Below are positions 11,272 through 23,700 of a stretch of 64,000 nucleotides of DNA, in pieces. Below the pieces are notes generated by a model. It was not told the origin of the DNA, did not search any database, and saw only the letters and a list, made by a program, of their open reading frames with translations. How positions within the stretch are numbered: the first letter of the stretch is position 1; each line of letters starts with the position of its first letter. The DNA is from Phoronis australis (lineage: Eukaryota > Animalia > Phoronida): positions 491,518 through 555,517 of the forward strand of contig NMRA01000284.1 in the NCBI GenBank assembly GCA_002633005.1, in the 5' to 3' direction. The position numbers and the translations under genes were made by a program.

Positions 11272-11308
<37 letters not shown>
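11158..11308. repeat. (GCA/GCG)n trinucleotide microsatellite, ~50 units
   Basis: Directly visible; explains the poly-Ala and poly-Cys ORFs in the track. Confidence 0.95.
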
Positions 11309-11315
<7 letters not shown>

Positions 11316-11625
11316 CAGCCACAGTCGATGAACTCTACAAAATATCAGTTTCTACAGGGAGAGCAAGTCCTAATGCGCTCACGGAGCCTTGTACCCGCCG
11401 GGACGAATCGCGAAAGGAACGGACAGCAGACACTATCTCCGAGTACACCGCGTGGCAACCAACTGATCCCCTACCATGCAGGAACGATAGACAGGGTAAG
11501 CAACAAAGTCATCAAACTCCATTGCGCCCGCGAAGCACTGGTAATTGGTGCTAGCATAACAATTAATGGGGACACAAAAGGCGTCAAATTCCCGTGTAGG
11601 CCTAGACAGTCGTGTATTGAACCTA

Positions 11626-11792
11626 AGTCCCGTTCATGCAGGCGTCTTTTTTGCGGAAATAGGCCTACTTGCTGAAATATTTTCCGTAACATGGGAAATT
11701 TTGTGCATTAGAAGAAAAATTGCGGAACCATTACATTTATTCAGACGCGTAATTAACGCAGTTCTCCTTGACAAATTCGCATGAACGGGACT
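11626..11792. mobile_element. MITE with 14-bp TIRs
   Basis: agtcccgttcatgc ... gcatgaacgggact is a perfect inverted pair. Confidence 0.65.
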
Positions 11793-12061
11793 CACACACC
11801 ACCCGGCCGCGACTGGTAGCGGTGTGCCTCATAAGAATGTACAGTCACCATCTCTGAGCCAATATTCCCAAAGTTTGAAATTCATATTCCATGTCCGAAA
11901 TAGTTAAAATTTGAAATATGTGCTAGTTCTGTTCAGTCAAAGAAACGTAATCATCGTCGAGAACTGGCAGCCGTTGTCACGAATGATGACGATGAAGCCC
12001 TGCTCGACCAGTCGTATTCTGAAGAATCAACAGGACACTATCCAGCACGATCTGGTTTACA

Positions 12062-12217
12062 CATAGGCGGATCCAAGGGGCTACAAGGGGTCCGGACTCC
12101 CTTTTTGCTTGATTTTAGTGAGATCAAATCTATAATCTTCAAATTGTTGACTTGGTCCCCCCTTTTAAAAAGTCCTTGACCGACCCCCTCCCCTTAAAAG
12201 TCGTGGATCCGCCCCTG
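12062..12217. mobile_element. hAT-like MITE
   Basis: cataggcggatcca ... tggatccgcccctg termini with G/C-run subterminal motifs. Confidence 0.7.
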
Positions 12218-12344
12218 CTACGTTTGATCTTGTGTCGTCGTAAAACTGAATATTGAAAATAGTCCATTTTCGCTCTAAAACTGCGTCGTACATGCACACC
12301 GCGGCCTCATCCAGTTGCACCTATATCATGCAAGTCTGTCATAT

Positions 12345-12600
12345 TTAACAGTTAAACCTAGGTCTGACCAAGTGTAAAGTTAAACCTGGTTTAAGATCTT
12401 AATATAGATCTAAAGGATATAGACTTCGTTGGTGAAATGAAAACTGACTTAGACCACGTCTAAATAGGAGTGAAACCAGGTTTTACTAGACCGCTGGTCT
12501 AAAAGTTAAGCCACTTTATGAAATGCAGATTATCTTTAAGCCTGGTCTAAGTCCAGTTTAAACCAGGTTTAACTTTAAACCACCTTTTATGAAATCGGCT
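12345..12600. mobile_element. Terminal region of a Harbinger-like element (subterminal TTAAACC(T/A)GGTTTAA repeats)
   Basis: Multiple palindromic aaacc(t/a)ggtt motifs ending in ttttatgaaatcggc; probably the same element as the Myb remnant at 10909. Confidence 0.5.
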
Positions 12601-12769
12601 GCATAAGTCTAAGTGATATGGCTCAATTTCGGGAGTGCCGACCATTTTGGTCAAAGTCATGCGAGGAGGCATTTTGAGAAGTTTGAACCAATACGTGATC
12701 ACGGCAACATAGCGATTAGTAAATAACGGCAATCGCCGACACGCGCTCAGTGCAGCATTGTTTCAGCAT

Positions 12770-13320
12770 GAATTATCTACACCCAATCCACGCCTGCAAA
12801 ATTTAATTTGCACTTGTTCCAACCAGTTGTATTCTTGTAAGGCTCCATAGCACGAGCTGGAGTAAATTATCTTATCAAATGTCTCAAAAGCCACACGTGG
12901 TTGAAATATGGTCCAGCTTCTTTGTAGCTTGTCGACTGTAATGGCTACCTCCGTGGCTTGGGTTGACAGGGTCTGAGCAGCCATAGTCCACAATAACTTT
13001 GGCGTGAACACAACACCAAGATACTTGTAGCTGGCATGGAAATCACTTCGAGTTTTTCACCTCCAAAATACCACATCTCGCAATTTCTCAAGGGACCTCC
13101 GTTTCTAAACACCATAAATGTAGTCTTCACTAAATTCAAAGACATGCTCCATTCCTGGCAGAACTTACTTAAAGCACACAGTAGTTTTTGCGGTTTAACT
13201 GGAGATTAAGTACACAAAGCCATATCATCAGCATATCTTAAAACTTTCACATCTGAAACATTTTGACATAGAAGAATACCATCGTCATTACTAGAATGGA
13301 TACATTCTACAAAGTCATTA
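12770..13320 (-). mobile_element. Non-LTR retrotransposon (LINE) reverse transcriptase fragment, RTE-X-like
   Basis: Minus strand NDFVECI...VKVLRYADDMAL (YADD at 13235-13224), FCQEWSMSLNLVKTTFMVFRNGGPLR, YKYLGVVFTPKLLW, CYGA...VQIKFCRRGLGV; frameshifts and stops. Confidence 0.9.
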
Positions 13321-14309
13321 GGTTTTTAAATAATCACCATGAACTCCAATAATAAACTTTCAAAAACAAGTGACTGTGTAGACTCGATCCGACACGTGCT
13401 CTGTAATGAAACCTTGGACAAATGTAGTATTGAAACAAATGATCAAATTTTACATAATGTTAAACTCGATAGTTGTTTTTTTGTAAACTGCATAGAAAAT
13501 TAATTGTGCCACAGTAACAGTTTACATGTTTGACACGTCTTCACGTGATGTGACCAACATACATGAATGACCTGTGTGAAGACATTCATGAATACAGTGC
13601 CTTCAACAATTTGCTTCTCAATATAAATGAGCTTCCCAGGTTGTACACGTGCGTCTGTTGATGTTAATTTTGCTTCTAAGACTCGTTTTAAGGTTAAACA
13701 GAAAACTCGCGCATACAGTTGTACAAATTTACTTTACTGTTTAGACAGATTTATAGCAACACTTTACATATCACTTTTGGCTATGGGTATTCTCATGCTA
13801 CGACCGGTAGGGTTCGCGTTAATCACGGGCGGGCAGAGCCTGATAGTGGAAAGCAGTACGAGTTCCTGAACAGAAAGTTGACAGACAGGAAACAAAAAAC
13901 ACCAACCTATCCGTTTGAGAGACCACGACCCCTAAGGCAAATCTCTGTTCACGAATCAAGATTGACGGACGACGTGCATCTAACTTCGTCGTAGCCCCCA
14001 TGCGGTTTAGTTTTTGAAAGTTTCCATTCATATGCAATGCCCTCGAAGATGTCTCCCGTTTATTCACTGCAAGATGACATGTGGCACGATTTTCCATTGA
14101 GAACACTCTTTTGGTATTCAGTATCTCTAAAAGGCGAGTTTATTGATCTGGATTGTGTAATGACGTGGTTACCTGGTTGTTGCACTTCGATTACTTGGTG
14201 TGCTCGTAGTTCATTGGAAAGCGCAATAACCCCTCCTGGGAAGTAATAGCATGATCCTTGAATGTTTCCCTTTGAGTGGGTGGGCCTGCTGTTTCAGATT
14301 GCGGCCATT

Positions 14310-14714
14310 TCCTTGAAAGCGCGCATCGTGATGAGATGATGTCTTACCCGATACATGAAGGACGATACAGGTGCGTAACTTCTGTCATTAATTACATTTT
14401 TGTCTGGCTGACTGCTGTTACAGTTCTCCACCTGTGGCAACTGTTTGGTGTACAGGTAGTTGTAATACGAATATGTTTTAAGTTTCGGCTGTATTTGACA
14501 GTAGTTTTACTTTGGGTCATACTCATACATTAGTGTTCGGGTCGAGTGATGACGCACATTTATTCAAATGTGTATTCACTGAGAAGACTATGGCTTTAAG
14601 AGAAGAACTGCTGTCCGTGTAAATACTCTGAATATACATTTGAATTTATGTATTTCTGTATGAGTAAGCAAAGCCTACGATGTACAATAAGTGATATTAT
14701 TAGAATTATTATTA

Positions 14715-14752
<38 letters not shown>

Positions 14753-17700
14753 GTTATTATTATTAAATGGATATATCTATCCATCTGTCAAATGTATTAT
14801 CATTAGCTTGCACTAGACGTTTGTAACTTGACTTGTTGAATTTAACGCTCTTTCTAATCCCGACTAACAATTGTACTAACATACTAACTAGGGCCCTAAC
14901 ATGCGTCCCGTTTTATGGACTACGGATCCTATCTGTCCCTGGTTTTTGTGTCCTGGTGTTTTGCGTAGTACTCCAGACGCTAAGCGGACGAGTGTGCAAG
15001 TTTTAGAAAGACTTGCCATTTAGGCCCACATGACAGTTTTCTTGTGCTTTTCTTTCCTGATTTAGGGCATAAGTTCAACAAGTAGTAAAGTAACGTGTTA
15101 TTTTTATGCATTCTCCTTAGTTGCATTGGATTCTGGTCGGTGTCAGATAAAGCAATGCCCCCTGGAATTTTGGAATGCTAGCTCACTTCTTGAAAATGCG
15201 CCTTTAATTTTCGAGATTTCGCTGGGCTAGGTCGCAAACGGCGAACTTTGGTATGTTAATTTTCTTGGCTCATCGAGCACTGACCAATGACACATAGAAC
15301 TCGGTGTGAAAGTAGCCATTACCCCCCCGGAGAAATTGTCCGGCTTGCGTTTATTTGAATGAAGCACCCGCTTATCCACTGATTAACGTGCCAGTACACC
15401 GGCATTTAAATACATGCAGCTAGGACAATCACAGCTACCACACCAGGACACATAGAACTCTGTCCAATGCAATGAAAACTGGTCATACCGAACCCAGGAC
15501 ACGTACATATGTAGAATCCCGATATGCATAAAACGGGAACACATCATGATGACCCCCAACATATGGATCAGAACAATGGTTCCCGTGATCGATAACTGCC
15601 TTGGTAGATTTTTCAATTAATCTCGAAGTGTCAACTTGAAAACAATAGTTGATTTGCCGATTGTCTGTAAATTTCATTACTGCACGTTTTTGTCTATTTG
15701 CACGCCATACCCATACATAAACGACAAGCTGCGACCCACGGATAACCAAGACGGAAGAAAGGTGGGGGTTTATGTAATCTAACGTTGCTTGCATGTCATA
15801 CTGTATTAGTATAAATAGGATACAGCTCGATACTCCAAAGGTTCACAAGTTCGAACTCTCATAATACCACAAATGAATAAAAAAGCATTATAAGGCCGAA
15901 GGCTCACAAATCCGATTGAAAGAAAAAACTAGTTAGTTGGAAACTAGTCCGAAGGTCTATGATGCCAGAAGCCAGCCATTCAAAGTCAACGACAGCCAAG
16001 CAGCAAAATTTTGGCGGCGATAAACCATACTTCGAACATGTAAATAAGTACAGCAACTCAGTGAATCACCCAACTTCATGTTTGGACCCCGTTTTGAGAG
16101 GCACAGGCTCTTCTAAGAACTAGTTTCAAGCAGCCTTGTGCAAATAAATCCCTGAACGTTTTGCTCAAAATCACTGTTCGGAACCTAGTGTCATGAAAGT
16201 TCAAATTTATAACCTTCGGTGGGTTTTCGTAATTGTGTGGATAAGTATTCAGATTTATGGATTTTTAGACTTGCAAGTCTTGCGACCCATGAATACCTTA
16301 ATTTCATATCAACTCTGTACAAATTCTTTCTCACTTGAAGTTTTCAATTCAGGTCATATAAAGTTGATCACTTATTGTGCAATTTTTAGCGACTTGGCAA
16401 GTCGTCGAACCAGTGGACTTTGGCTGACTAGTGTACCATTTACCCATGGCACCTGACGTTGCGAGCAGTTACAGTGTACCAAAAGTGCAGAAGGACCACT
16501 AACACGAATGACACCAGGGCCAAAGGTATAGTGCCGTTCAGCTGTAAATCAGTATCCTGGCAGTTACCGGTTTTGACTACATGTGTGTACTCATTTGAGT
16601 CATCAAAACTTAACCAATCACTTGTTTTATTTGGAAAAGCGAAGTGAACAATTTACTTCAGGAATACGTCTTTATTCAAGTACACCGTTTCACAACTGGT
16701 TTCAGTGCAGTCTCTCAAAAATTGAGTTGGTAATTGTATAACTGGGAGATCTTGTCAATACAAGATACACTATAGGCTCTCAGTTCGGGTCGCCTGTATT
16801 ATATTCCTTCTCGGAAGTGAACTACATTTAGTCTTAATTGCTGTATCTTATTTGAGCGACTTTGTCATTTGCTAAATAGCTGGGCTTTGTTTATCATTAA
16901 AAGGATACCAAACTCGGTTTTGGCCTACTTACACATACTAAAAAGACTTTCCTCATCCAGTTCTCTGAAACAAAATAATGCTTTGTAACTTATCGCCAAC
17001 CCTCAAAAGTCTGGAGAAAATTTTGAAAACTTCTATCACATTCTGCTAAACGGGCAAGCGTGACCTACGCTTTTAGCAAGTTACACAGCCCCTTTGGAAA
17101 AGACCACCCGTCAAGGACCACAACGTGCAATTTATAAGAAAGGAAGTATAAGTTATTTCAGTTGGTTCCTGCTTTTATTTTGGAAGATTGACTCTACAGA
17201 TGCAAAGGAGGTGACAGAAAGTGGATTGGTTGACATAATCGATATAAGTTTATCATCCTTACAGGACCATACAGGACCACGACGTCACGACGGGTTACAG
17301 TGCATCAAAAAGTTCCTGCAGTACCACTAATATAAAAAATGTATTAGCGTTCAACTTTCATGAGAAAAAAGCATTTGAAATGTTTTACACTTCAGTTACA
17401 AGTTTGTTGGGGCATCTTTTTACTTTGCTAAACACATTTCTTTTAATGTATACTTCACAATATGAAATACACTCACCTCGGCTCACGTATGTTAAATTCG
17501 TCCTCGAGGGTTGATTGGACTTTATTGCCAAGTATGCAATTTTATCTAAATTTTTTTACAAAATTAAATATTTTAACTCCTTAAATGTTTATATTATCGG
17601 AAACTAGAAACCCAAGTAAAATTTGAAATTTCGGTTTTTACTTGTCTGATATTCATAATGATTGCCTCACAAGAATATTTCCCTTAAGTAAAATTTATCG

Positions 17701-20700
17701 AAAAAGAAAAGAAAAGCACAGTAATAGAAAAACAACGGTATCGATAACAAGTTCGAATTTCATTTGATGAAAATGTTCCAAGACGTAATCTCAAAAAACT
17801 ATTAATGTTCTAAAATATCATGATCTTAGTTTGAATTCATTTTGTAAACTGTGTTTAAGTTCTTGGATTTGGAAGTTTTACATAAATCTGGACAGCTATT
17901 TCTTGAGATATAAAACTCCAAAGTTGGGGAAATGTACACGATTTTGAAGTTTCAACTGGCAGTGCACCAGGCCAAGATGTCGCTGAACCACCAACACAAA
18001 ATGACACTAGAGTCGGAAAGGTAAAATATCCCAGGAGTTGCCTCTTACGTGAGGGCGTGTACCATGAGATCCTGTCTTACCCGATACATGAAGGGCGATA
18101 GAGGTGTGTAACTTTCGTTATTGATAACGTTTGTGTATGGCTGACACTTACAGTTACAGTTACCCACCTGTGACAAATGTATGGTGTCCAGATAGTTGGG
18201 TTGTACTCAAGTATTAGTGTTTGGGTTGCGATGACGCACATGTACTTCGAATAGATAAAGCTCTCCATCCATCATATCTATTACCATTTGCTTGCACTAA
18301 GCGTTTGTTACTTGTCTTGCTGGTACATTTGCGTCGACGCTAACACTGTTTCTAATCCCGACTAACAATTGCACTGACATACTAACACCAATCCTAACAT
18401 ATCAAGAAATACAGCATGAATAAATCCAAACGACGTTCAAGGTCACAAAATGCATGCTGAGTGGTGTTATTTGAATTCCTCTCCAAATGCCAAGATCAAA
18501 TGGAGCTGAACAGTGGTTCCCGTGATCGATTACTACCGTGGCAGGGATAAGGATTTTTGAATTAGTTTCCACCATTTGCGATGCATTCGTGGGCGCATTT
18601 CAACGCTCCGCGTTGCTCTTGTTTAGGGACTTGTTCTTTCGTCAAACTACTGGCTGACCAGTATACCATTAAAATGGGAGATTTTACAAAAATCTGAACT
18701 GCTATTTCTAAGATACCAACCTTTAAAATTAGAGAAATGTGGACACTTTCTAGGGCCATGCAGCATCCGAAGTAGCAGGACGCTGTCCTTGCCACCACTG
18801 GCAGCGAACAAAAATGTCACTGAACCGTCACCATTTAAGGACATCAGAATAGGAAAAGTAAAAAATCCAGGAAATTGCCTCTTCTTTGAGGGCGTACGTC
18901 ATGAGATGCTGTCTTACCCGATACACAAGGTACGGCTGGGGCTAACGCCCCTCAGGCGATAATCCTCCAAAATCCACTCGGGCTCTAGATACTAAAACGG
19001 GGGATAACGACTTCGCCATGTAATAATCTATATGTATTTGACATTTTATCTAAACCTGAACTGCTATTCTGATACGAATCTTCAAAGTTAGAGAAATTTG
19101 AACGTTATTCCAAAGATAATACATGATCTGAACAACCATGACCTCACCACTACTGACAGAGAACCAAAGATAACACTGAACCACCTACTCAAATGATACC
19201 GTAATTGGAAAGGTAAAAAACATCTCTGAAGTTGCACCTTCCGTGAGGGCGCGCCATGAGATGCTGTCTTACACGGTACACGAAGGACGATAGAGGTATG
19301 ACACTTTCGTTATTGATAACATTTTGTCTGGCTGATACATGCAGTTACAGTTGTTTACCTGTGTCAACTTTGTGGTGTCCAAATCATTGTAACAGCCTTT
19401 AAGTGCTGTCGAACATTGTTTGGATCTTTTCGAGAGCAGGCACTGGCACTTCCAAAAAGTAGTTTCAAACAGGAACGTGCATACAAATCTCGAACATTTT
19501 GCTAGCTGTAATAAATGAAAGTTCGAAATTTTAGCTTTCAAACTAATGGACTTTCGACCTAGTTTGGACCTTTGGATTTATGGATTTTTGGACCTGCAAA
19601 CCTTCGGACCAATGAATAAGTGATTTCATACCTTCTGCTCACACTCTTTCTCACTTGTACTTTTCAATTCGGATCATAAGGTTTCATTGCTTCCAATGAG
19701 ATGACTTTGTTTCAACATCATTGTAGGCTTTTAAGGAAAACCACTGGACATTGGCTGACTAGTATACCATTGTCATGCGGGATCTGACGTCGCGAGCAGT
19801 GAGAGTGTACCAAAGGTGCCGCTGGACCACTCACAGGAATGACATCAGTATGGTATCGGTATGGTACCGTTCACCCCTAAATATCCTGGAAGTTAAATGC
19901 TTCGACTGTCTGTGTGTTCTACGAGTCATCAAAACTGTACAGAAACCTTGTTTGATTTGGAAAAGTCATTCAGGCATCTATTTTTATTCATATGCATTGT
20001 ATTACATCTAGTTTCAGGGCACAGTCCCTTAAAAACCGTAGAATTTAGCAAAAGGCAAAGCCACGTGGTAAAACAATGATATCAATAACAAGATCGAATT
20101 TCATTTCATGAAAGTGTTCCAGAAGTGACCTCAGAACTCTGTTACCGTTCTAAAATATGCTCTTCATTTTTGTTTTGTGAACTTTCTTTAAATCACAGGT
20201 GTTACATGAATAAGAACAGCTATTTCTGAGATATAAACCTTCAAAGTTAGAGAAATATAGACATTTGTTCCAGGGTCTTATAGGATCTGAGCAAGCAGGA
20301 CACTGACCTTACCACCACTGGCTGCATCATGAGATGCTGCCCTAAAAGATACATGAAGGACGATACAGGTGTGTAACTGTCGTTATTGACAACATTTTGG
20401 TCTGACTGACACTTGTGACAACTTTGCGGTGTCTTGATCATTGTAACAGCTTTAAAGTGATAACGGTATTTTACCTGTACTCTGGCTTGTACTCAAGTTT
20501 TAGTGTTTGGTTCGTGATGACGCACATGTACTTTAAATGGATATACCTCTCCATGCACCAAATCTATCACCATTCGCTTTCACTTGTCGTTTGTTACTTG
20601 TCTTGCTGGTACATTCGTATTGACGATAACACTCTTGCTAATTTCGACTAACATTTTCACTAACATACTAACACATACCCTAACACACTAAAAACAGCAT

Positions 20701-23700
20701 GACTGAATCCAAATGACGATCCTGTGTGCATGCTGAATGCTGTTAACTGAGTTCCTCTGCAGATGCCATAACAAGTATCAAATGGAAAACAGCAATTGAT
20801 TTATCAATTGTTTGTAAATTTTATTATTCCACGGTTTTGTTCATTTACTTGCTATACTCACACAACAACGATACGTTGCGACCCCTGGATTACCAAGACG
20901 GAAGAAGGAGAATAGAAGAAGAAGAATGACAAACGAAGACTAAAATTAAGAATCTAATATAATTTTGCTTGCGATTCATACTGAATTGGTATAAATAGGG
21001 TGGGGCTCTATACTGTGAAGGTTCACAAGTCTAAAGGCAAATCATCTGACAATTGAATATATTTCTAATAGAGCCCTTTAACCCCGAGGGTTCACAAATC
21101 CAACAGTAAGAAAAGATACTTAGTTCGAAACTAGTGCGAAGGTCTATTTTACCTGAAACCTGAGATTTAGCCATCGACAGGAAGCAGCAAGATTATAGTG
21201 GTGGTAAACAAATATTTGAAAATGTAAATAAGTGCAACATCTCTGCACATTGCCGAATATTATTTTGACCCTACCAACAGGCTCTCAGGGTTCCATAAAG
21301 TAGTTTCAAATAGGCACGTGCATATAAATACCCGAACCTTCTTCTCCAAACAACTTTTCAAAATCTTGATACATGAAACTTCTAACTTTTAGCTTCGGAC
21401 TGGTGGGGACCTTCGAAATTTATAGATTTTTGGACGTTTAAGCTTTCAGAACAATGAATACTTTGATTTCATACCTTCTGCTCACACTCTTGCTCACTCG
21501 TAGATTTCAATTCAGATCATACGATTTCATTGCCTCCAAGGGGTTGACTTCGTTTGAATTTTATTGTAGGTTTTTAGAGACTTTGCCAAATTTCTTCGAA
21601 CCACTGGACTGACTAATATACCACTAGCATGCGGCATGCGGGATTTGACGTCGCGAAGAGTGGGATGAAACCACAGGACCACTTACACGAATGACATCAC
21701 CATAGCCAAAAAGTATGGTGCAATTAAGCTGTAAACATCCTGGAAGTTATATGCTGTGACCGTATGTGCATTCTAGGACCCATCAATTCACACCTGGTTT
21801 CAGGGAACAATAAATTATTTTTTAAAAAGCGTAAAATTTATCTTAGGACAAAAAACACATTAATGGTAAAACAATGGTATCAATAACAAGATCGAATTTA
21901 ATTTAATGAAGGTGTTCCAGAAGTCACCTCAGAGCTTTGTTAAAGTTGTAAAATATGCTCTTATCATTTTCGTTTTCTGAATGGTGTTTAAATCATAGTA
22001 TTTGAAAGTTTTACATCAATGTGAACATGTCATTTCTGAGATACAAACGTTAGAGAAATGTAGACGTTCTTTTCTAGAGTCTAACAGGCTTCGAACAACA
22101 ACGACCATGGCCTTGCCACCACTGGCAGTGAACCAACAATGTTGGTGAACCTCGAACACAAAATAACACCAGAGTGGGAAAGGTAAAAACGTCTCGCAAG
22201 CTGCTTTTTCCGTGAGGACGCGCGCCATGAGTTGCTGTCTTACCGATTCATGAAAGACGACAGTGGTGTATAGCTTTTGTTATTTATAATATTTTAGTCT
22301 GGGTGGCACTTGCAGTTACAGTTCTCCACCTATGACAATTGTGTGGTGTCCGGGTCGCGTCGTTGTAAAATATTTTAAGTTTTGGCTGTATTTTACTTGT
22401 ACTCTGGGTTGTACTCGGGTTCTAGTGTTTGGTTCGTGAAGACGCACATGTACATTAAATGGATACACCTCTCCTTGCACCAAATCTATCACCATTCGCT
22501 TGCACCACACGTTTGTTAATTGTCTTGCTCGTGTATTCGTGTTGACGCTGATGCTCTTTCTAATCCCGACTAACAATTACACTAACCTACTGACACAAGC
22601 CCAAACGTACCCAGAAAGACAACATAAATAACGTAAGAGGTCACAAAAATTTTGTTAATACATGTTTTTTTTGTCTATTGACTCGCCATACCCACGCAAC
22701 AGCGATACTCTGCAAGCCACAGATAACCAAAACGGAAGAAGAAGCATGGAAGAAGAAAATTCAGAACCGAATACTAAAGCTATGAAGGAAATCCAATATT
22801 GCTTGAGAATCATAATGCATTGGTATAAATAGGATAGACCTCGATACTCCGAAGGTGTACAAGTTAGAAGGCAAATTATGCGACAAATGGAAACGTTTTC
22901 AAAAGGACCTTGAGTCCGAAGGTTCACAAATCCAACAAAAAGAAGGTCTAGTTGAAACTACTGACGAGGTCTGACAACAGAGCAGCAAAATTTTACTGGC
23001 TGTATTCCAAAATTTGATAATGTAACTAAATGTAGCAGCTCAGTAGGCATTGACAAAATTTGTTTGGATCCCATTGAGGAACACTGGCTCTTCGAATCCC
23101 TAGTTTCAAATGGCACGTGTATAGAAACTAACTTCAAAATTTTTCACGAAATCATTTTTCAGAACCTCGTGTCCTGAAGGATTGAACGTTTACTTTTGAA
23201 AATGATAAGCGTTCGGACTTCAGTGGATATTAAGATTTATGGATTCTTGGTCCAGCTTACACTCTATCACAGTGCTAAACGAAAGTTAAGTATAGGTGAC
23301 GCTGTGTCAGAGGGTAGGTCTAGCTAACCTTGAAACCGAGGAATACCGTGATTTCATACCTTCGGCCCAAACACCTTCTCACTTGTAGATTTCATTTCAG
23401 GTCGTATTGCTTTATCACTCTCAAGGGGTTCATTTTTAGCGACTTGTCCCAGTGTCCAACAACCGGAATTTAGCTGACTAATGTACCATCCACGTGTGAT
23501 AACTGAAGTTGCCAGCAGTGACAATACATCAGATGTGTTGCAGGACCACTATGACGAAAGACATCAGAGTTAAACGGTGTGGTGCACTTCATCTGTAAAC
23601 GTCCTGGACGTGTGTATTCCTATGTGCAACTTGTTTCATTCGGAAAAATGAAATGAAAATTCTATTCGCTACTCATTCAGGCACCGTCTTTATTCATTTA

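Noticed and set aside
11032-11331. Poly-Cys and poly-Ala ORFs
   Set aside because: Translations of a GCA/GCG microsatellite.
14540-14590. C/D snoRNA in each array unit (GTGATGA motif)
   Set aside because: No conserved downstream CTGA D box or terminal stem across units, and the motif itself varies.
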